DNA of 50,554 nucleotides from an uncultured Candidatus Peribacteria bacterium (GCA_964582265.1 CAZOQT010000005.1:1-50554); one strand, 5' to 3'; positions 26,896-36,118 are shown, numbered from the stretch's first letter. The notes: generated by a model from the sequence alone, not told the origin. A program made the numbers and translations.

Positions 26896-29652
26896 ATGAC
26901 AAAAGAGCTGGAATCATTATTCGCCCAACATCAAACTTCTCTGGACGGAATAACTACCACAGAGGCACAAAAAAGGTTAAAAATTTATGGTAAAAACGAA
27001 CTTAAAGCCGCGGCAAAAAAATCATATTTCATTAAGTTTTTGGAAGAATTCAAAGATTTAATGGTTATTATCCTGATTATTGCCACAATTTTAGCCTTTC
27101 TTTCCAAAGAATATCTTGATGCCACCATCATTCTTTTTATTGTGTTCCTGAATGCCACAATCGGCTTTATTCAAAAATTTAAGGCAGAAAAGGCTATTGA
27201 GGCATTAAAGAAAATGATCGCCCCAAATGCCAAAGTTTGGCGTGATGGCAATATGCAAAAAATATTAGCTACCGAAGTCGTACCGGGTGACATTTTGATT
27301 TTAGAAGAAGGTGACCAAATTCCCGCAGATGCAATTTTGCTTGAATCCAATGAAATTGAAACCCAAGAATCGGCTTTAACCGGAGAATCTACAGCTGTAG
27401 AAAAATTAAATTTTAGCACGGAAATTAAAGCAGAAAATCAGGTATTCATGGGCACTAACGTTGTGCACGGAACATGTAAAGCCCTCGTCATCAAAACTGG
27501 AATGCATACAGAAATGGGCAAAATCGCAAAACTCACCACCGAAACCGAAAAAGACAAAACTCCTCTGCAAAAAGAAATGCAGGATTTGGGTTTATTCATA
27601 GGTAAATTCACATTTGTAATCACTGCCATCTTAATAATTTTAGGGATATTTGTGCAGAAAAGAGAAATCATAGACACTCTGCTTTTTGCCACTTCTGTAG
27701 CGGTAGCCGCAGTGCCAGAAGGATTACCGGCCACAGTTACAATTACACTAGCACTGGGAGTTCAAAGACTGGCCAAAAATAGCGCTATTGTTAAACAACT
27801 GGCTTCCGTAGAAACGCTCGGTTCTACAACGGTAATTTGCAGCGATAAAACCGGCACACTCACCAAAAATGAAATGACCGTCAAAGAGCTTTATTACGAC
27901 AAATATAGTGCAAAAGTGGAAGGTGTTGGTTACGAACCAAAAGGTGAGATCAAATTTGAAGGTAAAAAACCGATGGACATGCTCTATTTAACCGCCGCAT
28001 TTTGCAATAATGCCGACGTAAGCGAATCTGATGGGCAATGGAAAGTTATTGGCGATCCTACTGAAGCTGCTTTAATTACCTTAGTTAAAAAAAGTAACTT
28101 TCCTTTACAACAGTTCAAAGCCAATCTGCAAAAAATCCATGAATTTCCTTTTGATTCCAATCGTAAATGCATGACCGTGCTTTATGAAGAAAAGGCATCG
28201 GGCAAAGTTTTTGCCCTGTCTAAAGGCGCACCAAGCAGCATTTTTAAAGCAGCGGACCACATGGTTTTAAATGATCACCCTATGAAAATCGATCACAACA
28301 CCATGCAGGAATTTAAAGACAAAAACGAAAAGATGGCTCAAAAAGCCTTACGAGTTTTAGCTTTTGCTTACCGTGAATTAACCGCGCATGAAATTAAAAC
28401 CTGGCAAAAAAACATCAATGGTCGTTTCCCTTTTAGCAAAGAAGAAATAGAAAAAAACCTGATCTTTTTGGGTCTAATTGGAATGATTGATCCTCCACGG
28501 GCAGAAGTTTCGGAAGCGATTGAATTAACCAGACAAGCGGGCATTAAAGTATATATTGTTACCGGTGATCACGGAACCACAGCCGAAGCCATTGGCAGAC
28601 AAATCGGCTTAGTGGGCAAAAACAAACATCTAATAATTACCGGACCAGAATTAAATGAGCTTGATGATCCTGATTTAAAAAAACTTTTTGAAGATAAACA
28701 TTTAGACATTATTTTTGCAAGAGTCAGTCCGGCACACAAATTAAGAATCGTTTCTTTATTAAAAGAATTAGGTGAAGTTGTGGCCGTAACAGGTGACGGC
28801 GTAAACGACGCGCCTGCGCTTAAGCGCAGCGATATTGGTGTAGCCATGGGCAGCGGCACAGATGTAAGCAAAGAAGCTTCAAACATGATCCTAACCGATA
28901 ATAGCTTTAGCAGTATCGTTAAAGCCGTAAAAGAAGGTCGTACCATTTACGAAAACCTAAAAAAATTCATCTACTTTATGTTTACCTCTAATACTGGTGA
29001 ACTCTTAACTATCTTGGCCGCGATTGTATTAAACTTTCCAGCGCCATTAACAGCCATTTTAATTCTATTTGTAAATTTATTTACTGACGTTTTACCGGCC
29101 CTGGCACTAGGCCTGGAACCTGGCGAAAATAACATTATGCTTAAAAATCCACGGCGCAAAACCGAAAGAATGCTAAATCGCCATTTTATATTCCGCATTT
29201 TTTATGGAGGATTTTTTATGATGATCATAATTTTGAGTGGCTTCATTTGGACACTCTACCACTATGGCTGGGAATGGGGTCAATTATTGGACTCATCTCA
29301 TCCAACCTATTTAAAAGCTAGTACACTTACTTTTGCTTTAATGGTAATTACGCAAATGGGCATTGCTTTAAGCGCTAAAAGTGAAGATCAATCAGTTTTT
29401 AAAAGTGGCATTATAAAAAATAAAAAATTGCTTGGAGCTATTTTGGTTTCCATCTTTTTAACAGTTACCCTGATTCAGGTACCTTTATTACAGCAGTACT
29501 TTCACACAACTTCTTTGAACATGCAGGAATGGTTTATAGTTGCTGCAGCGTCTGTCCTTATTTTAAGCCTGGAAGAATTACGTAAAGCTTATGTAAGAAA
29601 CACCAAACATAATGCGCCAGACATTGAATATCTAAAAAGTTCCAATATATAA
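26896..29652 (+). CDS. P-type cation-transporting ATPase (type II, Ca2+/Mg2+-like)
   Basis: 918 aa with TGES, CSDKTGTLT, TGDHGTTA and VTGDGVNDAPALK motifs; 10-TM layout. Confidence 0.93.
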   Translation: MTKELESLFAQHQTSLDGITTTEAQKRLKIYGKNELKAAAKKSYFIKFLEEFKDLMVIILIIATILAFLSKEYLDATIILFIVFLNATIGFIQKFKAEKAIEALKKMIAPNAKVWRDGNMQKILATEVVPGDILILEEGDQIPADAILLESNEIETQESALTGESTAVEKLNFSTEIKAENQVFMGTNVVHGTCKALVIKTGMHTEMGKIAKLTTETEKDKTPLQKEMQDLGLFIGKFTFVITAILIILGIFVQKREIIDTLLFATSVAVAAVPEGLPATVTITLALGVQRLAKNSAIVKQLASVETLGSTTVICSDKTGTLTKNEMTVKELYYDKYSAKVEGVGYEPKGEIKFEGKKPMDMLYLTAAFCNNADVSESDGQWKVIGDPTEAALITLVKKSNFPLQQFKANLQKIHEFPFDSNRKCMTVLYEEKASGKVFALSKGAPSSIFKAADHMVLNDHPMKIDHNTMQEFKDKNEKMAQKALRVLAFAYRELTAHEIKTWQKNINGRFPFSKEEIEKNLIFLGLIGMIDPPRAEVSEAIELTRQAGIKVYIVTGDHGTTAEAIGRQIGLVGKNKHLIITGPELNELDDPDLKKLFEDKHLDIIFARVSPAHKLRIVSLLKELGEVVAVTGDGVNDAPALKRSDIGVAMGSGTDVSKEASNMILTDNSFSSIVKAVKEGRTIYENLKKFIYFMFTSNTGELLTILAAIVLNFPAPLTAILILFVNLFTDVLPALALGLEPGENNIMLKNPRRKTERMLNRHFIFRIFYGGFFMMIIILSGFIWTLYHYGWEWGQLLDSSHPTYLKASTLTFALMVITQMGIALSAKSEDQSVFKSGIIKNKKLLGAILVSIFLTVTLIQVPLLQQYFHTTSLNMQEWFIVAAASVLILSLEELRKAYVRNTKHNAPDIEYLKSSNI

Positions 29653-29653
29653 C

Positions 29654-29959
29654 ATGTCACCCAAGCCAAACAATTCAGCTCTCCGTGACACCCTGGAACA
29701 GGCAAAAACAAAGCTGTTCAGTACAAAAAAAATCACGATTAAAATCAAAGTCACTGCCAAAAGTGGCAAACATGAATTTAGTGATTTAATGGCTGATGGA
29801 ACGATTAAAATTAAGGTTAAGGCCGCTCGCGACCAAGGCAAAGCCAACGCGGAAGTAATTGAATTGTTAGCCGACTTCTTTGGAGTATCCCGCAGTAGTG
29901 TTACAATCCTCACCGGCGAAACCTCTGCGCAAAAGATTATAGAAATTAATCCAAATTAA
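29654..29959 (+). CDS. DUF167 (YggU-like) protein
   Basis: 101 aa, pattern KIKV.A....GKAN.E.IE.LA..FGV.RS.V.I..GE.S..K. Confidence 0.7.
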   Translation: MSPKPNNSALRDTLEQAKTKLFSTKKITIKIKVTAKSGKHEFSDLMADGTIKIKVKAARDQGKANAEVIELLADFFGVSRSSVTILTGETSAQKIIEINPN

Positions 29960-30817
29960 TTGCTTTACCACAACTCCCAAGAACTAATTTCCTTCCTACA
30001 AGAACACGGGCTTTGGAACAAAAAAGCACTGGGGCAAAATTTTTTGGTGAATTTTGAAGTCCTAAAAAAAATCCTTGCTGCTGCGGAAATAACGCCCAAT
30101 GATAACGTCATAGAAGTAGGCACGGGGCTGGCAGTTTTAACAGAAACACTGGCCCAAAGCGCCAAACAGATCACCACAATTGAATACGATTCCACACTGA
30201 TTCCAGTCTTGACCGAATATTTAAAAAAATTCCCGAATGTAAATTTAACTCATCAAGATGCGCTTAAATTTGAGCTACCCACTTACGATTACAAGCTGGT
30301 CGCCAACATTCCATATTACATCACTTCCCCACTCCTTAATCATTTTTTGCAACCCGACCTCAAAGGTCGACCTCAAAGGTCGAGACCCAAACTAATTGTT
30401 TTATTAGTCCAAAAAGAAGTGGCCGAAAAGATTTGCGCGCGTGAAGGCGACCAAAGCGTTTTAAGCCTGCAGGTTCAAATTTTTGGCAAGCCAACAATCG
30501 TCAGCAATGTAGGCAAAAGCAGTTTTTTTCCCGCACCAAAAGTAGATTCCGCCATCCTAAAAATCGAGATGTTCCCCGAACCCTTGATCCCCACCGAAAG
30601 CCTACCCGCCTTTTTCCGCTTGATACACGCCACCTTCAGCCAGAAACGAAAAACGCTCAGTAACTCACTTAGAACGCTTGCCCTAACCCGCGAACAAGCC
30701 CTTGCCTCGTTAAATCAAGCAGGAATAGCCGAAAACCAAAGGCCGCAAGCGCTAACAATTGAGGAGTGGAAGAAATTAGTTGAGATTATACCTTCCCCAA
30801 CTCCTCTTTCATCTTGA
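29960..30817 (+). CDS. rsmA: 16S rRNA (adenine1518/1519-N6)-dimethyltransferase
   Basis: 285 aa, TTG start, LGQNFLV, EVGTG and ANIPYYITSPLL motifs. Carries an in-frame repeat insertion at 30356-30381. Confidence 0.9.
   Translation: MLYHNSQELISFLQEHGLWNKKALGQNFLVNFEVLKKILAAAEITPNDNVIEVGTGLAVLTETLAQSAKQITTIEYDSTLIPVLTEYLKKFPNVNLTHQDALKFELPTYDYKLVANIPYYITSPLLNHFLQPDLKGRPQRSRPKLIVLLVQKEVAEKICAREGDQSVLSLQVQIFGKPTIVSNVGKSSFFPAPKVDSAILKIEMFPEPLIPTESLPAFFRLIHATFSQKRKTLSNSLRTLALTREQALASLNQAGIAENQRPQALTIEEWKKLVEIIPSPTPLSS
30356..30381 (+). repeat. Tandem pair of 13-nt hairpin units GACCTCAAAGGTC, in frame inside rsmA
   Basis: Read directly: GACCTCAAAGGTC GACCTCAAAGGTC, translated as DLKGRPQRS. Flanks (GCAACCC ... 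GAGACCCAAAC) resemble those of the copy at 41474. Confidence 0.85.
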
Positions 30818-31730
30818 TTACTGCCGCGCGTGCTGCTTCTGCGAAGTCACGCTCGGTATAACTATCTGACTCTTCCCAGGCAAAAATAATTCCACGTGAA
30901 GAGTTTACGATTGCGCCGGTTCCATCTTCATTAAAACAGGCCTTAACATCTGCAGCTGTACCACCCTGGGCACCATAGCCAGGTACCAAAAAGATATTTT
31001 GAGGCATCAGCTTGCGAAGTTTAGCGGATTGTTGCGGATAAGTCGCCCCCACCACCGCACCAACCAAAGAATAGCCACTTTCACCCAAATCATCGGCCCC
31101 CCAGGATTCCAGATAGTGAGCCATAATCTCGTAAATTGTGCTGCCATCCTTCATTTGCAAATCCTGCAAATCACCCGAAGAAGGGTTAGAAGTTTTAACC
31201 AAAACAAAAACTCCTTTTCCATACTTTTGCGCCTCCGTTACAAAAGGTTTAATCCCATCCCAACCAAGATAAGGAACAATCGTAACCGCATCCGCATTAA
31301 AACTAAAAGCATCTTTTCCAAAAAGATTTACTTTGCCTAAAAAAGCCTTTGCATAAGCATCCGCGGTGGAACCAATATCACCACGCTTAGTATCTGCAAT
31401 GGTCAACAAACCCTTTTCCCGCGCGTAATTTAATGTTTCTTCAAATGCGCGAATACCTTCATACCCATACTGTTCATAAAAAGCGATTTGTGGCTTTACC
31501 ACTGGAACAAGGTCACAAACGGCATCAATAATTCCTTTATTAAACTCGGTAATCGCAATTCGCGCTGCCTCCATTGGTGTTTTAGCAGAAGTCAAAGCTG
31601 TATCTTTAATAAATTGTGGAATCTGCTCTAATCTTGGATCTAGTCCCACGCAAATCGCTGATCCTTTAGCTTTGATTTGTGCATTTAACCTGTCGGCAAA
31701 ATGGTTTGGTTTTTGATTTTGTTCAGTCAT
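30786..31730 (-). CDS. pyrF: Orotidine 5'-phosphate decarboxylase (long, type 2)
   Basis: 314 aa, ICVGLDP and DTKRGDIGSTA motifs. Confidence 0.92.
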   Translation of the reverse strand: MTEQNQKPNHFADRLNAQIKAKGSAICVGLDPRLEQIPQFIKDTALTSAKTPMEAARIAITEFNKGIIDAVCDLVPVVKPQIAFYEQYGYEGIRAFEETLNYAREKGLLTIADTKRGDIGSTADAYAKAFLGKVNLFGKDAFSFNADAVTIVPYLGWDGIKPFVTEAQKYGKGVFVLVKTSNPSSGDLQDLQMKDGSTIYEIMAHYLESWGADDLGESGYSLVGAVVGATYPQQSAKLRKLMPQNIFLVPGYGAQGGTAADVKACFNEDGTGAIVNSSRGIIFAWEESDSYTERDFAEAARAAVIKMKEELGKV

Positions 31731-31791
31731 AATAATTATTACGATTTATAGTCGCCGACACTATACCCTTAGGTCCGCGCAGAAACAAAAG

Positions 31792-32634
31792 CTATTTTTT
31801 ATAAACATCAACTTCCAATTTTTTTATACCAGCAAACATTTCTTTGATTCTATCTTTAATTGCCGGTGCCAGCTTATTGGATTTAATATCCAGTTCCTGC
31901 AACTTTTTTAAATCGCCAAAAGTTTTTGGCACAGAAGTCAAAGCGTTATAACTAACATTCAAAATCTCCAAATTCTGCAACTTCCCAAAATCATCCGGCA
32001 ATTTTTTTAGCTTATTGAAACTTAGATTTAACTTGATCAAATTAGACAAATTCCCAAAACTTTCCGGCAACTCAGTTAATTTATGCGCATTTAAATCCAG
32101 CTCCACCAAATTCACCAATTCTCCAAAATTTTCTGGCAAACTTTCTATAGCAAAGTTCATGTATGGCACATACAAACTATCCCGCTTTAACCCCAGTTTT
32201 TTTAAATTTTTAAGTTGGGCTATTTTTGGACTAACCAACTTCAAAGGCGTAAACATAAGCTGTAAATCTTCTAAATTTTCCAAATCATAAACGGATTCCG
32301 GAATTTCATAAATTTCCTGATGATTTAATGCCAGTTTCTTTAAATTTTTAAGCTGGCTGATTTCCGCTGGAATTTCTTTTAAACAACCTCTTTGCACTAT
32401 TGTAATTAAACTTAGTTCACGCAAATTGCTTAGTGCTCCAATTTTTGGAGTAACTTTTTTCAATTTATGATCATAAATTACCAGCTTTTCTAAATTTGTC
32501 AGATTTCCAAGATCATCCGGAAGTTGTTCGATGCTGGTTTCAACCATCAACGATTTAACTTTTGCCGGCATTTTTAAAGCACTTTCAAAAGAGAAGAATT
32601 CTCCCGTTTCCAAATTATCATTCTGCTGCACCAT
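31792..32634 (-). CDS. Leucine-rich repeat protein
   Basis: About 12 tandem LxxLxxLxLxxNxLxxLPxxhG repeats. The ATG at 32634 (MVQQNDNLETG) is preferred over the ORF-track start at 32742, which would overlap pyrE by 125 nt. Confidence 0.8.
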   Translation of the reverse strand: MVQQNDNLETGEFFSFESALKMPAKVKSLMVETSIEQLPDDLGNLTNLEKLVIYDHKLKKVTPKIGALSNLRELSLITIVQRGCLKEIPAEISQLKNLKKLALNHQEIYEIPESVYDLENLEDLQLMFTPLKLVSPKIAQLKNLKKLGLKRDSLYVPYMNFAIESLPENFGELVNLVELDLNAHKLTELPESFGNLSNLIKLNLSFNKLKKLPDDFGKLQNLEILNVSYNALTSVPKTFGDLKKLQELDIKSNKLAPAIKDRIKEMFAGIKKLEVDVYKK

Positions 32635-33292
32635 ATTGTTTTCTATATTCGTTAATCTTAGCCATTTTTTCCTCATCCACATACACCACACCTTCAATTT
32701 CGCGCTTGTACAAATAATCAATAATTTCTTCCAAAGACACAATCGAATAAACTTTTATCCCAAATTCATCTTTAAGCTCCTGAACCGCGCTTTTTTCGCC
32801 TACTCCTTTTTCCATGCGATCCACTGCAATCAAAATGCCATTAATATTTGGTCCACCTTCTTTTTTTAGAAGCTCAATACATTGACGCATCGCGGTTCCA
32901 GCCGTCATCACATCATCTACAATCACCAATTTGGAATCTTTTCTGATTGGCGCGCCCACTATCATGCCGCCTTCACCATGATCTTTGGCTTCCTTTCTGT
33001 TAAAAGCATACGCAACATTGATTCCAAAATGTTCATATAAAGCAGTACAAACCGCAACACTCAGAGGGATCCCCTTATAGGCAGGGCCAAAAATAGTATC
33101 ATAATCCTTAAGATATTCACGCAGTGCTGCCGCATAAAACGCTCCAAGCTGAGTAATCAATTCTCCCGTATAAAATTGTCCCAAATTCAAAAAATAAGGA
33201 CACTTGCGCCCACTTTTAAGTGTAAAATCGCCAAATTTTAGTGTATTAGATTTAACCAGGAATCTTATAAAATTTTCTTTATATTGTTGCAT
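32618..33292 (-). CDS. pyrE: Orotate phosphoribosyltransferase
   Basis: 224 aa, FGDFTLKSGRKCPYF and VIVDDVMTAGTA PRPP motifs. Confidence 0.93.
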   Translation of the reverse strand: MQQYKENFIRFLVKSNTLKFGDFTLKSGRKCPYFLNLGQFYTGELITQLGAFYAAALREYLKDYDTIFGPAYKGIPLSVAVCTALYEHFGINVAYAFNRKEAKDHGEGGMIVGAPIRKDSKLVIVDDVMTAGTAMRQCIELLKKEGGPNINGILIAVDRMEKGVGEKSAVQELKDEFGIKVYSIVSLEEIIDYLYKREIEGVVYVDEEKMAKINEYRKQYGAAE

Positions 33293-33331
33293 AGCGAATC
33301 AAGTAAAACTGTAAATTATACAAGAAAATGC

Positions 33332-34240
33332 CTAAAATTTATGTAATTTACCAACCAGATCACGATGATACTGGCCAAATTCGGTAATTTTACGCGCCCT
33401 ATTATTGTCCACAACCGGGCCCTCTTTACACATTCTTTCACCGTTTGGATCTGTACAGCATTGCCCACAAACCCCAAATCCGCACTTCATGTAGCGCTCA
33501 ATAGAAACCTGCGCATTAATTTTGGCCGCAAAGCACATATCAGAAATGCGCTTCATCATCATTTCCGGACCACAGGTATACACGCAGTCTATTTTTGCCG
33601 ATTTCACAGCCCTTGCTGCCTTTGCGGATTTAGCAGCCTTATGATCATTAATCAGCTTTTCCAAAATCAGCGTATTGTAGCCTTTTAATCCAACAGATCC
33701 ATCATCGGTCGTGATATGCAATTTCACGTTCTTTAATTTTTTAATACGATTGATGTAAAGCAAATGTTCTTTACTTCTCGCCCCAATCACAAAATCGACC
33801 TTACAGCCGGCTTTAACTGCAGTCACAGCCAAATTATAAAGTGGCGCCGCACCATATCCACCCGCCATCATAACCAGGTGTTGTCCCTTTTTAAATTCAC
33901 CGCCATCTCCAGCCGTAAAATGAGTACCATATGGACCTCGCACCCCTACCAAATCACCAGGCTTTAAAGTGTGCATGCGTTTAGAAAAAGGCCCAACCGC
34001 AAACATTGTCACCCAGAATTCTTTGCCATCATCATAAGCAATACTCATCGGCTTTTCATCTACACGCGGCAACCACAAATTAACAAATTGGCCAGGCTTT
34101 GACGGCTTACCATCCGCCGTTTTTAATTCATGCTTGAACACGAAAGTCTTAACGTAAGGCGTTTCTGTGATGATTTTTTTAATTGGGATTGATTTGGGGA
34201 TGTCGAATTTTTTTGAAATTTGAGCCATTGTTTCGCGCAT
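33332..34240 (-). CDS. pyrK: Dihydroorotate dehydrogenase electron-transfer subunit
   Basis: 302 aa, FAD/NAD-binding fold (MMAGGYGAAPLY) and C-terminal 2Fe-2S motif CGFGVCGQCC. Adjacent to class 1B pyrD. Confidence 0.88.
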   Translation of the reverse strand: MRETMAQISKKFDIPKSIPIKKIITETPYVKTFVFKHELKTADGKPSKPGQFVNLWLPRVDEKPMSIAYDDGKEFWVTMFAVGPFSKRMHTLKPGDLVGVRGPYGTHFTAGDGGEFKKGQHLVMMAGGYGAAPLYNLAVTAVKAGCKVDFVIGARSKEHLLYINRIKKLKNVKLHITTDDGSVGLKGYNTLILEKLINDHKAAKSAKAARAVKSAKIDCVYTCGPEMMMKRISDMCFAAKINAQVSIERYMKCGFGVCGQCCTDPNGERMCKEGPVVDNNRARKITEFGQYHRDLVGKLHKF

Positions 34241-35193
34241 TAATTAAAATTCTGAAATTTTTTGGAGTAATCGCCGTTATGAGCTGTTCCACGCAGTTCA
34301 TCCAAATTCTTGATTTTATGCGCTTTACCCCACTGTTTCATTTCATTGGCGATCAGCCCAAAACAGGTTATATCTCGATAATAAACCGCTGTTCCAACGC
34401 CCACCAAAGTCGCACCAACCATAATCATTTCAAGAGCGTCTTCACCGGTTAAAATGCCGCCTGTTCCAATAATTGGAGTCTTTGGCACAGCTTTGTGAAT
34501 GTCGTAAACAGCCTTAATTGCTATTGGTTTGATGGCTGGACCGCTCACTCCGCCAACTTTGTTCGCCAAAATCGGTTCGCGGGTTTCCAGGTCTATCATA
34601 AGCCCAGGACCGACTGTGTTTATGGCTGTAATTCCATCCGCGCCGGCATCAACAACCGCGCGCGCAATTTCGGCAATGTTTAATACGTTTGGGCTTAACT
34701 TGATCACAATCGGCAATTTTGTGCGCGCACGAACCGCTGCAGTTACCGCAGCCGCATCCACTCTGGAACAGGAAAATGGCTTACCGAATTCATCTTCCAC
34801 ATTCGGACAAGAAATATTCACTTCAATAATGTCTGGCTTAAGCGCAGAAACCATTTCTGCCACTTCCGCAAAATGTTCAATTTTAGATTCAACAATATTG
34901 GCAATTAATGGAGCGGGTTTTTCTTTAAGATACTCACCAATTTCAATATGAGCCTTTTCTATTCCCGCATCCGGAAGCCCAACCGCATTAAGCATGTAAT
35001 GGTCGTTGGCAATAATAACCGGATTAGGATGCCCCTGATGCCCCTCTCGCCAAATTGATTTAGTGGTTACACCGCCCGCGCCGCCCTTTTTGACAACGCT
35101 TTTTAGGCTTGCACCGGTCACACCCAAAACACCAGATGCCAACACCAGAGGGTTCTTAAACTTCACGCCGCAAAAAGTAGTTTCTAGGTTCAT
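34240..35193 (-). CDS. pyrD: Dihydroorotate dehydrogenase, class 1B catalytic subunit
   Basis: 317 aa, FKNPLVLASG, NISCPN and IIGTGGI motifs. Its stop overlaps the pyrK start by 1 nt. Confidence 0.93.
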   Translation of the reverse strand: MNLETTFCGVKFKNPLVLASGVLGVTGASLKSVVKKGGAGGVTTKSIWREGHQGHPNPVIIANDHYMLNAVGLPDAGIEKAHIEIGEYLKEKPAPLIANIVESKIEHFAEVAEMVSALKPDIIEVNISCPNVEDEFGKPFSCSRVDAAAVTAAVRARTKLPIVIKLSPNVLNIAEIARAVVDAGADGITAINTVGPGLMIDLETREPILANKVGGVSGPAIKPIAIKAVYDIHKAVPKTPIIGTGGILTGEDALEMIMVGATLVGVGTAVYYRDITCFGLIANEMKQWGKAHKIKNLDELRGTAHNGDYSKKFQNFN

Positions 35194-35333
35194 GGATTTT
35201 GCTTATAAATTGGCACTGCCCCGCGCGCATTTATTTAAGCACTTTTACGAGCCCAACTCAATGGTAGATTTTAGAAATTTTTAATGAAGAAAGCTTGATT
35301 TGGAATTAATGAAATCACCTGCTTTTCTTAATA

Positions 35334-35361
35334 TTGACATATAATTTAAATATGGTACAAT
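35334..35361 (+). promoter_or_regulatory. Near-consensus sigma70 promoter with extended -10 (TTGACA-N16-TGgTACAAT)
   Basis: TTGACA at 35334-35339, TG at 35353-35354, TACAAT at 35356-35361. Faces the high-GC ORF. Confidence 0.55.
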
Positions 35362-35367
35362 CCCAAC

Positions 35368-35640
35368 TCTGTTATGCTTTAACAGCATGCAGAAGCCTTG
35401 CTCTTTAAAAATTGAGAGTTTTGAGATGCTTTCTAGCTTATGTGAGCAGCAAATTGCCAAATTCATTTGGTAGCTTGTTGCTCACACAAGTTCTACGAAA
35501 GGAAAATACTTGTGACGAGCGATGATCGCATTTGCGACCGGTTTCGCACTTCCGCGATCTCTCATTACATGAATGTTACTAACTGGACCCTAGCCGCTTG
35601 ACGTGGCTGGGAGGAATTCATTCCGAACGAGGACAATGAC
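35368..35640 (+). ncRNA. Hairpin-rich ~270-nt leader or candidate ncRNA upstream of the high-GC ORF
   Basis: Long imperfect hairpin at 35441-35486 (TGTGAGCA...CCAAA-ttca-TTTGG...TGCTCACA). ACAAGT/ACTTGT stem at 35486-35513. Nested GATCGC[GCGA-ccggtt-TCGC]GCGATC at 35524-35559. No convincing ORF. Confidence 0.4.
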
Positions 35641-36102
35641 ATGAAGACCATGACCGTTCCCGAGGTGATTCTGGCTGTCTCGACCGACTGCGGCGCATTC
35701 TTCGGCGAGGCGCGCTGCATGAGGATCAAGCCGGATGGCGAGATCCTCTACATCGACGAGACGGACGTCGGCACCATCAAGCTGTCCCAGGTGTCCGGCG
35801 TCGACATCCGCGCGGCATACGTCCTCGAGGACGGCCGCGCAGGTCTCGCGATCTTCGGTCGGATCACGGTCGACCTCCTGCCGCTCGTGCGCGAGATCGC
35901 CAAGAACGCCGGCAAGTACGGCAAGTTCAAGATCTGGAGGTGCTCGGCGCGCCGGACCACCGAGGTCACGCTCGTGACGACCAACGAGACCAGCGCGTTG
36001 TTGACCAAGAACTATTCTGACGTGGATCTCGCGTTCGACAACAACGGGAACCCCCAGTTGGAGGCCTTCGACAAGGAAGGAAACCTCGTCACGCTGTTCT
36101 AG
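35641..36102 (+). CDS. Orphan 153-aa protein of foreign (high-GC) composition, function unknown
   Basis: 26 of the first 30 codons end in G/C (tuf: 12 of 30). A hand-counted 60-nt sample is 37/60 G+C, against 24/60 in pyrD. GAGGA Shine-Dalgarno at 35629-35633, 7 nt before the ATG. A GC-rich terminator hairpin follows. Confidence 0.75.
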   Translation: MKTMTVPEVILAVSTDCGAFFGEARCMRIKPDGEILYIDETDVGTIKLSQVSGVDIRAAYVLEDGRAGLAIFGRITVDLLPLVREIAKNAGKYGKFKIWRCSARRTTEVTLVTTNETSALLTKNYSDVDLAFDNNGNPQLEAFDKEGNLVTLF

Positions 36103-36118
36103 ACGACGCGCTGCCACG

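Noticed and set aside
35194-35333. PyrR-type attenuator or riboswitch in the pyrD upstream region
   Set aside because: No PyrR binding-loop-like sequence or terminator/antiterminator pair was recognisable on the minus strand.
35281-35466. 61-aa minus-strand ORF in the left part of the island
   Set aside because: It lies across a near-consensus + strand promoter and the leader hairpins. It has an odd Cys/Leu/Ser-rich composition and no start context or similarity to support it.
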